DNA of 64,000 nucleotides, filler included, from Dirinaria sp. TL-2023a (lineage: Eukaryota): NCBI GenBank assembly GCA_051941275.1. It is 6 parts of 6 records of this genome, joined end to end, with 100 filler letters (N's around TTAATTAATTAA, not from the genome) between each part and the next. Parts side by side here need not be neighbours in the genome. Positions count along the whole stretch, not along the records: positions 21,755 to 32,524 come from JAVEBF010000908.1; positions 32,625 to 43,392 come from JAVEBF010000909.1; 4 more parts are not named here. One strand, given 5' to 3'. The notes under the pieces are model-generated. The model was given only the letters and a program-made list of their open reading frames with translations. It made no database searches and was not told the DNA's origin. This document shows, piece after piece, positions 25,301 to 38,142 of this stretch (the stretch's first letter is position 1; every line of letters begins with the position of its first letter). The position numbers and the translations under genes were made by a program.

Positions 25301-28300
25301 GACAGAGCTCGCACCATCCGAATACTGTTGACCAGATCTAACGTACGACTTCCAAATCGCGGCGAGAGCCGAGAGAGACACCGTGAGCTGCCCTGCGGAC
25401 TGGAGCATACCTTGCAGGTGTCTCAGACGCTCAATGTCAGCCTCTGATGCAGCATCTGTATGCTCAAACTCAGTCCACAAGCCAAGAAGCATGCTAACAG
25501 CTTCGGTTTCACGTTCGCAACGGCGGAGAAACTCTATGTAAGCTACAGCAACCCCGAATTTGAGGTTCTGAGATTCTGCGCCAGGGTCATCACCGCCGAC
25601 ATCCGTAATTTGCTTCCAGAGCCCGACGAGGAGTTCCTCTGCTGACATGAAGTCATCTCGGGTCTGGTAAGCTTCAGCCATACGTATCGTCGCAGCGACA
25701 CGGCGAGGGTCGGTCTCATCCATTGTCTGTTGTGAGAGTTCAAAGAGCTTCTTAGCGTATAGCATTGTATCGCCACCCTTCATGCTGTCACCCTGCAAAG
25801 CAGCTGCAAGCTTTGCGTTGACCCTCTTGGCCTCGAAAGAATCGGAGCCAAACCGCTCAACAACGAGATCATGCAACTCGTCAAACACCCCAGCCGCCAA
25901 AGGCTCCTCTTCCTACAAGTCACAAAGTCAGCGCTCTTTACCGAAAATAAGATCACTATCTAGTGGACTATGTCTTGAGAATCGTGACCCTGGAGGAACT
26001 TGTCACAGCTTTGGTCTATGGCCAGGCAAGTGATATAGTGTAGAGGTAGCAAAAGTAGAACTCACAGTGTCCATGTAGAAGTCACCTAGGGCTTGCTGGT
26101 ATTTAATGACGTGGTCGCTTTTGCTGCCACACTGATGCTTAGAAGCTTCAAGAAGCAGTTTCAGCATTTTTCCTGTACGACTGACTGTGTTCCTGGAAGC
26201 ACCGCGCGCGTAAGAGCCTGCACAGTTAATATACGATGAGGCACATCCACTAGTTAGGGCGCTCGACAACCCCAGGAGCTTTTGACTGAGCACAGAAGCC
26301 TGGTAAAAGTACGTAGAGGCTCCAGACCTGTCTCCGTTCGATTGAAGCGCAGTTGCAACATTTACCAAAGATTGCAGCACAGGTAATGCTTCGTCGCCAA
26401 GGGCTTCACGGCGTACCTGGAGGGCGGTAGTATGCATCTCGTGAGGCTGTGGCGTGAGGAAGCTTATTTCCCACACCTTGCCTTCAACAACGGCAAGATA
26501 CACCGAATTAGAAAAGCTCTTCTTGAAGTCGGCCGGTAGAGTGATGTCTTCTCCCTCCTTGTACAACGACGAGCGATAAAAATGCACCATCCAATATCTC
26601 GCAGCGTACTCGAAAAGGCCATTGCTAATGAGTAGCGTATCAGTACCAGGGAGTGGCGCTTGCAAGTCGAGTGTCGGTGTGTCGTAGGGAGGAGGGTCCA
26701 AACGGGCAAGTGTCAACAGTCTCGATGTAAAATCGCGGTGGGCATCCTTCAGTGGCAACAGCCAGCGTCCTTGATTCGACATCTCCAGAAAAAGTTCTCT
26801 AACGACATTATGCCGAAAGCTAACTAGTCCCCGGTCCAAAACGAGCAAGTCCCTACTGGAAAGGATGAGATCGTCGGGGCCATCGGTGATGGTACTGGAG
26901 ACCACCTGCTTTCGGGTATTGGTGCCGGCGAGAAGCTGGATTTCGTCCAGACGCAAAGGTCTCAACGCAACGAGGAGCCAGGAGAAAACGGACTTAATAG
27001 TTGTCTGGGTCGTGTCAAAGCCTGCAAGTATACGTTGCACTGCGTTGGCGACGGATTTAGGGGCCTTCTCTATGGCACGAAGCAAGCCGTCTGGAGTATC
27101 CTCCTGCTTGAGAATGCCGAGGACAAGATCTGCCCAGACAAATGATCCATTGGCGCCCCGCGCAATACGCTCAACAATCGCCGCACGACGGTCTTGTGCT
27201 TGCTCCTTGAAGACGGAGTATTGAGAGAGACCGCGCTCGATGAAGTGTGAGAGCTCGTCAAACGTATGTTCCGGGGTAATCAACAGTTGCTCCGATGGTC
27301 TTGAGGAGGATTTGGAAAACGGACGGGCAAGAATGACTACCTTAACGGTGGGATTGTTCGCCACGGAAGAGTACAAGCGGTTCATTACTTCCAGAGCTGT
27401 CGGCTCGCCACCTGCGATTGCGTCGAGTCCATCAACGATGATCAACAGATTACTGGTCCTAGCGAAAGCTTGGACGGTGGACTCGAAGGCCTGCCACAAG
27501 GCGAACTCGGTTTCCATAGGATCTTTGGCAGTTAAAGCTCGTTCGTATGCCTTAGCAATGGGTTTGATCATGTTGGTGTCTCCAACATTTCGCTCAAGAA
27601 TCTGTGAAAGGAGGCACCGCACAAGTCGAGCTGGTGAGGTCTCGACGGCCGTAGCAGGGTCTAAATAAGCAAGGTCAGTATTACAAGGCTTCTGCAAAAG
27701 CGTACAAGGCCGGCATACCGATCGAATATGCTAAAGCCGTGTACACCTTTCCGAGCACCCGCCGCTGTAACGTGTCCAGTGTCCAGAAGAACAATGAAGT
27801 CTTTCCACACCCGGGTCTACCAATCACTTCCAGAGACTGTTGTCGACTCTTCAGGAAGCCCGTAAGGTGTTTATGGAACCAATCACATGACAAGTCAGGA
27901 TGCAATTGGTCAAGGGCGAAAGATTCAAAGCGTAGGTTTCGAACGAAGTAATCTCGTGGAGCGAGCCAGTTTTGGATTACCCGATGGTCAACGCTCATAT
28001 CTGCGAAATCAGGCTCTTAGCGGTGCCAGGGGCATGGATTGTGGAATACAACTTACTCTGCGTCTGATGGTCCCAAATAGCTTGCACGAGATGCTGCTTA
28101 CGGGCATGGAAAGCAAGGGCTACAGATAGGAAAAGGTCACCAGAGTCAATGGACAAAGGAGCATTCGGGTCGTCTATGACACCGGTCAGTGCACGCTCCC
28201 ACCCGGCAAGCGGTAAATACGAACCGATCACGTGTCTCTGATAGGATACGGTAATATCCACGACCAAGGACAGCAGAGTTGCATAGGCATCAGCCAGGTC

Positions 28301-28997
28301 GCGTTTGGCCTCGGCATGAAGGTCTAGGATACCCTTAAAGCGAGAAAATGTTATGAGGTCGAGGCTGAGGACATAGAAACCACCGAAGGCTTTCTCCAGA
28401 GCTGGTGCTTGATGTGAACCCAGCTACAAGTTTCTCAGTGATGACAGTGTGCATCCAGAGAAGCCAGCTTACCTCAAGTAGTATGCGGGCATTGGACCAG
28501 ATCAGCTCCGCAGCCATTGAGCTCTGAGGCAAGAAATCCTCAACGAAACGGTTGTACTGCGAAATGTGGACAGCGAAGGATTCGGCATCCTTCAAGGTTT
28601 TGTCCCACTGGCTTCCGTTGTGAGGCATCCGAGCCAGGCGTTCAGCAGCGATATGAGCCAAGAGGCCATCAAGCGTAGCGCTGCTCCATTGGGTTTGGTC
28701 CATACAATCTAGCTCGTGAGTGAGTTTTCGCCGAGCGGACTGGACTGCATCCTGAACGGATGTGATGGGCTGTTGCTCTGACATTGTCTGTTCGGTCACT
28801 GGCAATACGTCTTCTGGCTCATCGTCGGAGGGCTCAGAGATTGTGTAGAGGGAGCCAGAAATTGCTGGCATTTGGAGGCCCGAGAACTCGCCGTGTGCGT
28901 CAGACATGTCAACCTGGGGAAACAAGGCCAAGTTGTTCAGCGATCCGACAGCCATTGAGGCTCTCATGGACCGGCCTGCTTCTCTGGAGGTATGCAT
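22400..28997 (-). CDS. NACHT-domain STAND NTPase with long TPR-like helical C-terminus (fungal NLR-like), about 2000 aa, 6 exons
   Basis: Walker A GRPGCGKT, Walker B LLIIVDGLD, GSFVWADL, WLLVALRPL, FEYAARYWMVH; TPR-like units (ELGPTNPVTVEALYALS, KFGCSDDGTLDSLGQL, LWGPLDPTT); five GT-AG introns restore a continuous frame; start ATG uncertain. Confidence 0.88.
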
Positions 28998-30319
28998 TGT
29001 AGCTGCCTTTTGGGTTACAGTAGCTTTGAGAAATGGTGAGGAGGGGGCAATGCTACGATGGGGGAAACAAGGACTTTGGTGCTGTAGCAAATAAGGGATA
29101 CTGAGAACAGAATTGAGAACTAGGGATCAGAGTGGGACTTGAAGTGCGTCGAAGAATGTTGAGACTTGCTTTTGGCTTGGAAGGATGAAATGGTCGGCGG
29201 AGAAAAGAGAGATTGAGGGAAATGGGAAAAGGAAGAATCTGGACGGCACGTTGGAGGTTTATGACGAGGGCCGCAGTTGTCAAGCGAAAGGAAGGTACGA
29301 CGTGCATCTTCCGCACAGAAGGTGCCTTGTATTCCCATCCTTACCTTACTTAAGTACTGGATTTTACCGTCGCCCGCGGAACTGCCTTCCCTGGATTCCA
29401 ACTCAGGTCGGATATGACGAGATCTCGTGGTCTTGGCACTCGAAATCTATCTCAGAGCTACAGGAGGCACTCACAAAGGAAACAGATGTTGAGGGTCTTG
29501 GGCGTGAGAAACATGAAGAATTGCAATCGCTAGGTAGCTACTTCCCCATCACCATATAGACGGCAGAGACATGAAGCCGGCAATTGAAAAGCGAAAGAAA
29601 GAGCCTTGCCGCCCTTTCGGCTACATTGAGCAATTACATGAGATGGACAGCCTGGTGGAGAGACAAGATGCTGGATGAGAGTGCATGTATAGAGACAACT
29701 GTCGGGTTTCGTCGAGATCTTTCACCTGCCTGTACTCTCCGTTTTGATGTCGTCAAGGAAATTGCACAAAGTTGGGATTACCATTTGAGAGAGCAAATAA
29801 TGAGAAATTGAAGTTGCTTGACCCAATCAGAATGTTCACTGAATGTTGAAAAGGAGTCTCTGCTGCCCATGCCCCGGTGATGGAACAATCGCTTACCCGA
29901 TGGTGAAGAAGGACGGCAAGTTCTGGATCACAACTTGGACATTTTGGTAGCTTCGGTACCTTCAGTGTGGTTTGCCGTCAAATGTTAGGGTTAGAATATT
30001 CGAGGTTTTATTTTAGGGTTACTCGTCCCTACGTCACATGTCGACCTCGGTAGATGATGAAAGGCTACTTGCAGACGATCCTTTACGACCTCGCTCACGT
30101 AGACAGGAATTCCCCATACTAAACCACCGCCTGAAAGACCAAGCGTGCCAGCCCTTTGCAATTGCGTAGCTGACGCATTTTTATCTTGAGATGGAGCCTC
30201 GAAAATCTCTCTTGACACAGCTTGTAGGCACCGGCGGAAGCTTATTCCTGGCTCTGCTGTGAGCTACCAGCATCGCATTGTCTTCCCTTTTCGGCTGGGT
30301 GTACTCCGCCCTTTACCAG

Positions 30320-32524
30320 ATGGCTACTCGCTTGTCGACCCGCCGTTTCCTCCGTCCTCTCGTCTACGCTTCTGCTGCCGCAGCCGCAGGGGGTGGCATC
30401 CTATATTTCTCTAATCGACCCCGCAACATCCCTGGATCAGATCCGGGCACCGTTCCTCCACCTCGTTATGGAGAAGGAGGTCAATTGGCTCCACCGAGAT
30501 TCCCTCTCGCGAAGACGAGGGAGGAGCAGATCACGGACTTGAAGAAGAGCTCAGGAGCACAAAATGTTGAACCAAGCGTGAAGGGACTTATCGCTAATCT
30601 GGCGAGGGACGACACAGGTGAGAAGCAGGGTAAAGATGAGGCGGAACCGTACGATCTGCTGGTCATTGGTGGAGGTGCTACAGGGTCGGGAATTGCTCTG
30701 GATGCGGTAACTCGGGGATTGAAGGTTGCGGTGGTAGATAGGGACGATTTCGCCAGCGGGACAAGCAGTAAGAGTACCAAGTTGGTTCACGGGGGCGTAC
30801 GATATCTGGAGAAGGCTGTTTGGGAGCTTGATTATAATCAGTACAGTACTCTACCTCGTTGTAGGTTTACTACTCTGACTGACTCCGACTAGATATAAAC
30901 TAGTTAAGGAAGCTCTTCGAGAGCGAAAATATTTTCTGGATACCGCACCCCATCTCTCTTCATGGCTACCTATCATGATACCTGTCCAAAAGTGGTGGCA
31001 GGCGCCTTATTTCTGGGCCGGAACCAAATTCTACGATTTCCTAGCTGGCTCCGAGGGAATCGAGAGCTCGTACTTCTTGACGAAAACTAGAGCAATGGAC
31101 GCTTTTCCCATGCTGCGAAAGGACAATTTGTTCGGAGCTTTGGTCTACTACGGTATGAGTACAAGTGTAGAGCAACGAATTTCAATATTTGTGCTGACAG
31201 ATTGTAGATGGTGCACACAACGATTCTCGAATGAATATCTCGCTAGCGATGACAGCAGCACTGTACGGCGCCACCGTAGTAAACCATATCGAAGTTACTG
31301 GCCTTGAAAAGGATGCCAACGGGAAGCTCTGTGGCGCTCGCCTTAAAGATCGGATCGCGGAGAAGAACGGTAAATCTACCTCCGAATTCTCAATCAAAGC
31401 AAAAGGCATCATCAACGCGACCGGTCCTTTTACAGACGCCATCCGCAAAATGGATGAACCATCCGTCCAAGAAATCGTCGCGCCGAGCTCCGGCGTCCAC
31501 GTGATCCTACCGGGCTTCTACTCCCCGTCCAAGATGGGTCTCATCGATCCCTCCACCTCAGACGGCCGCGTCATCTTCTTCCTCCCATGGCAGGGCAACA
31601 CCATCGCCGGCACGACCGACGCCCCGGCAAACATCGTGCAGAATCCCATCGCAGGCGAGGAAGAAATCAACTGGATCCTGTCCGAGATCCGCGGCTACCT
31701 GGCGCCCGACATCAACGTCCGGCGAGGCGACGTGCTCGCCGCATGGTCAGGCATAAGACCTCTAGTACGCGACCCGAAGAGCAAAAACACCGAATCGCTC
31801 GTGCGCAACCACCTGATCACGACCTCCAACTCGGGGCTCCTGACCATCGCCGGCGGGAAATGGACCACCTACCGGCAAATGGCCGAAGAAACCGTCGACG
31901 AAGCGCTAAAGCTATACAACCTCCAACCCCGGGCCCTGGTGCAAGTCCCCCGGATCTCGGGCACGGAAATGATCGACGACAGCGCGCCCCTGGACGGGAG
32001 CTGTCAAACACACCAGGTACGCCTGATCGGCGCGCACGGGTTCAGCAAAACCCTCTTCATCAACCTGGTGCAGCACTTCGGGATCGAGACGCACGTGGCC
32101 ACCCACCTGGCCGAATCCTACGGCGACCGCGCCTGGACCGTCGCGGCCCTGTCCGCGCCCACGGAGAAACGGTTCCCAGTGCGCGGCGTCAAGATCTCGG
32201 CCCTGTACCCCTTCATCGACGGCGAGATCCGGTACAGCGTGCGGCACGAGTACGCGCAGACGGCCATCGACGTCATCGCGCGGCGCACCCGGCTCGCGTT
32301 CTTGAATGCCCAGGCCGCCCTCGAGGCCCTGCCGCAGGTCATCGATCTGATGGCCCAGGAACTGCAGTGGGACCCGAAGCGCCAGGAGCGCGAGTGGACG
32401 GACGCGGTGCAGTTCCTGGCCAGCATGGGCTTGGCGAGGAGTAAATTGGGGGTGACGAGGAAAGATGTGGAGAGCGGGCGCGCGGGCGAGTACGATGAGT
32501 TTGAGCGGAGGTTGTATTCTAGAC
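30320..32524 (+). CDS. GUT2: Mitochondrial FAD glycerol-3-phosphate dehydrogenase, 3'-truncated
   Basis: [47 protein letters not shown]; introns 30841-30892 and 31153-31207. Confidence 0.96.
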
Positions 32525-32624
32525 NNNNNNNNNNNNNNNNNNNNNNNNNNNNNNNNNNNNNNNNNNNNTTAATTAATTAANNNNNNNNNNNNNNNNNNNN
32601 NNNNNNNNNNNNNNNNNNNNNNNN
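32525..32624. other. Artificial contig spacer
   Basis: N44-TTAATTAATTAA-N44. Confidence 0.98.
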
Positions 32625-32650
32625 GAAGAAACGTTAACAAACCCCCACAG

Positions 32651-32949
32651 CCCTTCGCGCCGCAGACGTCGACGTGGTGACATTCGGGCAATACATGCAG
32701 CCCACGAAACGGCACATGAAAGTGCACTCGTACGTGACACCCGAAACATTCGAGACGTGGCGGCGGCGGGCGCTGGACATGGGGTTCCTATACTGCGCCA
32801 GCGGACCGCTGGTGCGCAGCTCGTACAAGGCCGGGGAAGCGTTCATCGAGAACGTGCTCAAGAAGAGGAAGAAGCGCGCGAGCAAGCATCAGACCGCTTT
32901 AGCAGATATGCTTGTTGGGAGCGAGGGAGGGGATAGACTTGGGGTTTGA
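32651..32949 (+). CDS. LIP5: Lipoyl synthase, last exon only (5'-truncated)
   Basis: [33 protein letters not shown]; acceptor CAG at 32650. Confidence 0.92.
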
Positions 32950-33600
32950 AACCTTTTTTTTTTTTTTTTGTTTTTTTTTTTTGAGGTCGCTATTACTAGC
33001 GGTTTTGGGGAGGGTAGGGGTTAAAGCGGTGTGAAAGATAGAAAGATTGTTGGCAGGTTAGAAGGGAATCGGCATGGTATTAGGGATGAATCTAGCCCTC
33101 TCGAGATTTTGATGTGGGGACTGGGGCTGGATTGTCAGAGGATCGGTGGTCAGGTCAGGAGGTAGCGTACGAGTCTTTCAACAAAAAATATACTCGGCTC
33201 GATCTACTTTAGTAGACATCGTGGATACGTAAAAATATGCTATCACCATACCGTTCCTGGAATCTTCGATTATACAATTTGGTATTAGCTACTGCATTAT
33301 GTTACAAAATCAATAAATATCAACGGCCTAACCTAATTCTGTCTCCCAAACGTCGCGACTGAGCTAGAATTGCTGTGAGTTAAATAATATGCATCAGAAT
33401 CGAAGGCCAAGCTATTATATGAGGAGGCGGGCGAGCGTCGAGCGAGTGAAGATATCTTCGCAACACATTAACTGATATTCCAATAAATTCTCCTTTTCAA
33501 GACGGTCTCAGCCACGCTGAGACTTTCCGGACAATTAATCATCTCTGGGTTCAATGGTCAGCAAGTTCCAGTGCGACAGGTGAAGTAGCAACGGAATCAC

Positions 33601-34543
33601 TCACGGGGAATATTGCCTCATCTTTCTCTGTCCTTCGGTGTCAATGAAGCTTCCTCGACTCCTTCGACTCCTGGTGCTCTTCTTTCTCCTGCCCATGAAG
33701 CTTCGCCCACCAGTGCGCTTCGTGTATGTTCCTCTCGAACCTGAAGCTGCACCACCAACACAGAACAAGACGGTCGCTAGGAACAGACAGGCAACAGCGG
33801 CCCACATAAAGCCAAAATTATAACGACCGAGAGAGGCGTTTTGACCGGCAGATCGGAAGTTTTTGCGCCCAAGGACGAAGGCTGCGCTGCAAAATTGTTA
33901 GCTATTCTATGGCTACGAGGAAACTCCGAGTATGTAAAGCACGTACGTCATGAGCGAAGCCGCAAGGGTTTGGAAGAAGAGCGCGACTGAGCAGGTGAAG
34001 CTGGACAGGAAAGAGCCAATGCGGCTGCAGAGGGCGAGAAGGCCGAGGAAGAGCGCACAAGCGGTGAAGAACAGCGCGATCAAAATAAACGCAAAGGTAA
34101 AGCGCGTGAGGTAATAGTATTTGTGCGTCCTGTATTCAAATTAAACCCCAACACTCCTAGTTGTTCGGATTACACACCCAATGAACTGCTGTGGGACTCC
34201 CGAACTTGTCTTAAAGTTGCGCGGCGGATCAAAAGGGTAAGCAGGGTGGACTTTCGGGCAGTCATCCCGGCCATTGATCACGGTACAGGCGTTCCAGAAT
34301 GTCCATCGAGTGAGCGGAGCGGCGCCTGGGATTTGCGAGGTGTCGGCTTGGAGGAAGTAGAACTTGTTGATCGGGTTGTGGCCGACTGAACCTCCAATGA
34401 GGGTCAGGAGCATCAGGAGGATGGCGCCTAAGATGAGAATGATGGACGCGAAGCCGAGGATTGGCCCTGACATGAAGCGTCAGCAGCGCTCTTCAATTGA
34501 TTAAAGAAAAGTAGAGCAGGCGGTTCGTACTTGCTACAGCCAT
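33601..34543 (-). CDS. SUR7/PalI family tetraspan membrane protein (4 exons)
   Basis: MAVARPILGFASIIL..., FYFLQADT, RWTFWNAC..C, HPAYPFDPPRNF, three further TM helices, basic C-tail; introns near 34468-34530, 34131-34177, 33888-33946. Confidence 0.88.
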
Positions 34544-35141
34544 GATGGCGATGTCGTTTGGCTGTGAAGCTTCGGAAGCTGTCGCAAGTCAATACATCTT
34601 CTTCTAGTGGGTTATTGAATTGGTTATAGACTCACGACGAACCTTTTGCGATTGAGTGAAGGAGAAGAGTCCACTACGAAAGAGGAAAAAGGACCCGCGT
34701 GAGAGGAAAGAAGAAGCTGAGGTGATGTTGTTTTCCTGTAGCTGCCCAAACCTTGAAATACGCGGCCGCAAGTAGGCCTAGTCCGGCCTAGCTCCGAAGA
34801 AGCCAAGGATTCGGAGAACGTCATGGTGGTTACGTCAGAGCCATCGTGACTGCTTTCCTTACCAATGACCTTGACAGCCTTGGCGTGCAGTGAATCGCGA
34901 TAATCGAGAGGTTCCATGTGAAAAGGACTGTAGTAGGAGACTTTGGTAGTCTTGGGTAAGCGGAAGAAACACTCACTTCCATTCGCAAAAACCTTGCAGC
35001 GATCATCAACCTAAGGTACGAGTACTGTAGCCTTCAACCGACCATAGACCATGCATTCTCGGGAACTTCCCGCTACTACTCGAAGACCTTCCTCTTTCAG
35101 CGCGTGGTGATTCCCTCTCCATTGATTCATCTGCGGTAACC

Positions 35142-36352
35142 ATGGGTTCAGCACAAATCTGGCCGCCAATATCAGACGAAGATTTAAAAAGGGAGCTTGA
35201 AGCCACGAAGGTAGGTTACTATCGCAAGTCTCTTCTATCTTTGGGATAGCAACCTTGAATTTCTCGTTCACAGAAATGATATAGGCAGCTGAGCTGGAAT
35301 GGCTTCTTGATGAGCTCCAAGTAACGTTAGGATCGCTGAAAAGTGGATTGGAAGAATGCGTGGCATTGTTGGCGCCCCAGGGCCCGGGTTCCACCCTGGC
35401 CATGTCTTCCGTGAGGTCGGAGAGCGTCAAAGGCTTCGTGACTAGAGTGGGAACTAGGATCGTAAAAGGGGTAAGTGGCTCTTGTCAATGAAATATTGAA
35501 TCTCGTTGTTTCAGCAGCATGTGGCATTATTGTGTGTTTTCACTCCATAGTTGTAGCATACCGTACGGAATCAGAGCTCGATGGACGATACAGCGCTATG
35601 ACGCATGACAATAGACTCGAAGATGATTATGATAATCGCATATACTAACATCTTCGAGGACATTGCGCTTCGCCTTGCTACTTTGGCCCCACCACGATCG
35701 CTGCCCACATACCCAATGCATATTCAAAATCCGCTGTCAATCCCTCAGCTCACGACGCTTCTAACGCTCCTAAACCAATCCCTTGACATAATCGATATAA
35801 GTACCTGGACTGGTGATGCTCGGGACGGCTCTTTCATTGGGGGCCAGCTGCGACTGCTAGCAGATTCAATCGACGAAGCAAGACTGACTTTGAAAGGAGG
35901 CGAAGAGTTGCCGGGAGGCAAATGGTGGGACCCGCGCGAAGACGACGATGTATGTACGTTCGTTGACTGGGTCATCTGGAAGCTGAGCTTAGTAGGTATA
36001 CTCCCCACCTCATCCGCCGACTCTCTCAACGCATCTAGCCATCATTGACGCTGCGCTTGTTCTCTGGGTGCGCACACTGTTCGCAGCCAATGAAGACAAT
36101 ACCTCCATATCTGGCCTTTCTCTACGCCAGAGATTGGGGCTAGCTCCCAAGCTGCCTGAACATGATGAGGTGGATAAGATTTTCAGCTTCAAGGGCCAGG
36201 AAGTGCGGGTCCGTGAGAAGGTGAAGATTGAAAGCCAAGATCCCGCATTGATGGCGGTTATGGCGAAATTAAGCGCCTTGGGCCATGCTGTTGCTGTTGC
36301 CAGGAACAATCTTAGCACGGTCATGGAGGTCGATGCTAAGATCGGACGATAA
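35142..36352 (+). CDS. RAV2: RAVE complex subunit 2 / Rogdi family (4 exons)
   Basis: Spliced product IWPPI...ELEWLL...LKSGLEECVALL...SESVKGFVTRVGTRIVKGDI...VREKVKIESQDPALMAVMAKLSAL; introns 35211-35284, 35471-35658, 35950-35995. Confidence 0.85.
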
Positions 36353-36378
36353 AACTCGCCTCTAGTCTGGAGTGTACC

Positions 36379-38142
36379 TCATTTGGTCGACGAAGTCGCT
36401 GCACTGCTGGGTCTATTATGCGCCATCTCGTCTTCTTCGAGATCTTCGAAATCTGCGAAGCCATCCTCCACTGACCAGCTCTGGCCAGAATTTAACCGTA
36501 TAAGAACCTCGCAGCTCCATCCCACGACTAGAAGGCCTGGAGGACGGCTACCTTCTTCCTCAACAGCAGCACAAACCTTACTTAAGGTAGTGCGAATGAC
36601 TCGCTGGTCTGGGCAGCTCGCCCGTTCGATTACCGCGCATGGTGTTTCTGGAGGCCAAGGTCTTGACCTGCTGGGTTGATCCTCAGAGTCCAGCTTAGCG
36701 TCTTCTTTGCCAGAAGAAATGCCAGTCAAGCTTTCTACTAACGATCCCAGGCGATGCAGTGCCATTAAGAATACGACTGTCTGCGTAGGAATGTATGGAG
36801 GTGGCTCAGGCGCAGCACCCTTTCTTCCCGTGCCGGTGCATATCAGGACTTGATCAGCCACACTGCGATGTGTATTGGGTATGTTTGCAAACAGCGGCGC
36901 GCTCAGAGCGCTCGTGATTCCAGGCAGTACAATAGGGTTGTATCCTTTGTCACGAAAGAAACCAAATTCCTCGCCACCGCGGCCGTATATATACGGGTCG
37001 CCTTGTTTGAGGCGCAGTACTGTATGGCCCTTCTTCAAAGATTCTAGGCCCAGGTTGAGCAGTTCTTCTTGGGCTGCGTCTGCGTTTCCCGGAAATTTTC
37101 GCGCAATATGGACAGGCGTGCGACGAGGGATCAGGTCGAGCACCGGCGCAGGAACCAGCTTGTCCGCAAGGATCACAGAGGCTGTTTTGATAGCTCGGTG
37201 AGTTGCTAGGGTCAAGAGTGATGGAGAGCCCGGCCCAGACCCCGCAAGGATGATGCGTGGTTTTGGCTGAAGCCGCGTGTCAAGGATAGAGGTATTAAGC
37301 GGCGGTACCTCTGAGGAAGAAGTCGTATACGAATTGAGGATATGGTCAATGTCGCTGTCAGTGATGGATGCTAGACGGCGAAGCGGCCAATACTCGCAAA
37401 TCTGTGAAAGCCAACGCATACGTCGGGTCTTAAGCGCAGCTTGATCCGCCTCGGTGACAAGTTGGTTGAATGTGGATTTCTGAGCAACAGCGTCGTCATC
37501 GTCCGCTTCCACCTCGAGGTCTTCCAGAGTCTGCATCCTATGGTCCTCTTCCCATATTCGACGACGTACGGTACCAAGGCGTTCGACAGCCATCCCAAAA
37601 TTTGGTGGAAGTGTCGAAGCAATCTCCCGCCGTATGCGAGAGGCAAGTTTGCAGCCTTTTCCTGAAGTGGTTATGCCGATCTGGAGCGGCCCATCGGAAT
37701 GGGCTGAGAGAAGAGTGAAAGAGCAGAGGTTCGGAGCGTCAACCACATTAACTGGGACGCGCAGCCGGCGGCAGAGTGCTGATATGTGATCACCTAAAAT
37801 AGTAAGTCAACAGTCTACCCGCTTCGACCATTTGTCCTTCGTACCAGCTTTGGTTTTGCCTCCTGCGGTAACAAAAACGGCGTCGACAACGTTAGCCACC
37901 TCTTCTCTCCCAAGAGTGGTCAGATGCGCATCTTGAAACGATTCTTGGATCCAGTCCACTTCTCCTACTTCAATCCTCTTCGCCAGCACATAATGCACGT
38001 CAGCGCCTGCAGGAGCGATAATTTTTGGCTTTGCGCCAACCTCGAGGCTCTTTGCGCATCGAGCACTGGCTAAAGGGTTGGATCCAACAATGAGGTGTAC
38101 ATGATTTGAGCAATTCTGAGCCGTCAGTAATGCCGGTGCCAT
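36379..38142 (-). CDS. MET1: Uroporphyrinogen-III C-methyltransferase with N-terminal siroheme-synthase-like domain
   Basis: VNVVDAPNLCSF, LAGSGPGSPSLLT, ADKLV, RLKQGDPYIYGRGGEE, PGITSALSAP; one intron near 37794-37843. Confidence 0.93.

Noticed and set aside
27995..28060. Premature stop in the NACHT gene
   Set aside because: A GTAAGT...GCAG intron explains the frame change
31587..32444. 285-aa alternative-frame ORF overlapping GUT2
   Set aside because: Arg/Pro/Gly-rich shadow ORF caused by high GC3; same applies to most antisense ORFs in the track
35470..35520. Stwintron (nested intron) in RAV2 intron 2
   Set aside because: Removing an internal intron to recreate a GC donor would break the KG|DI reading frame
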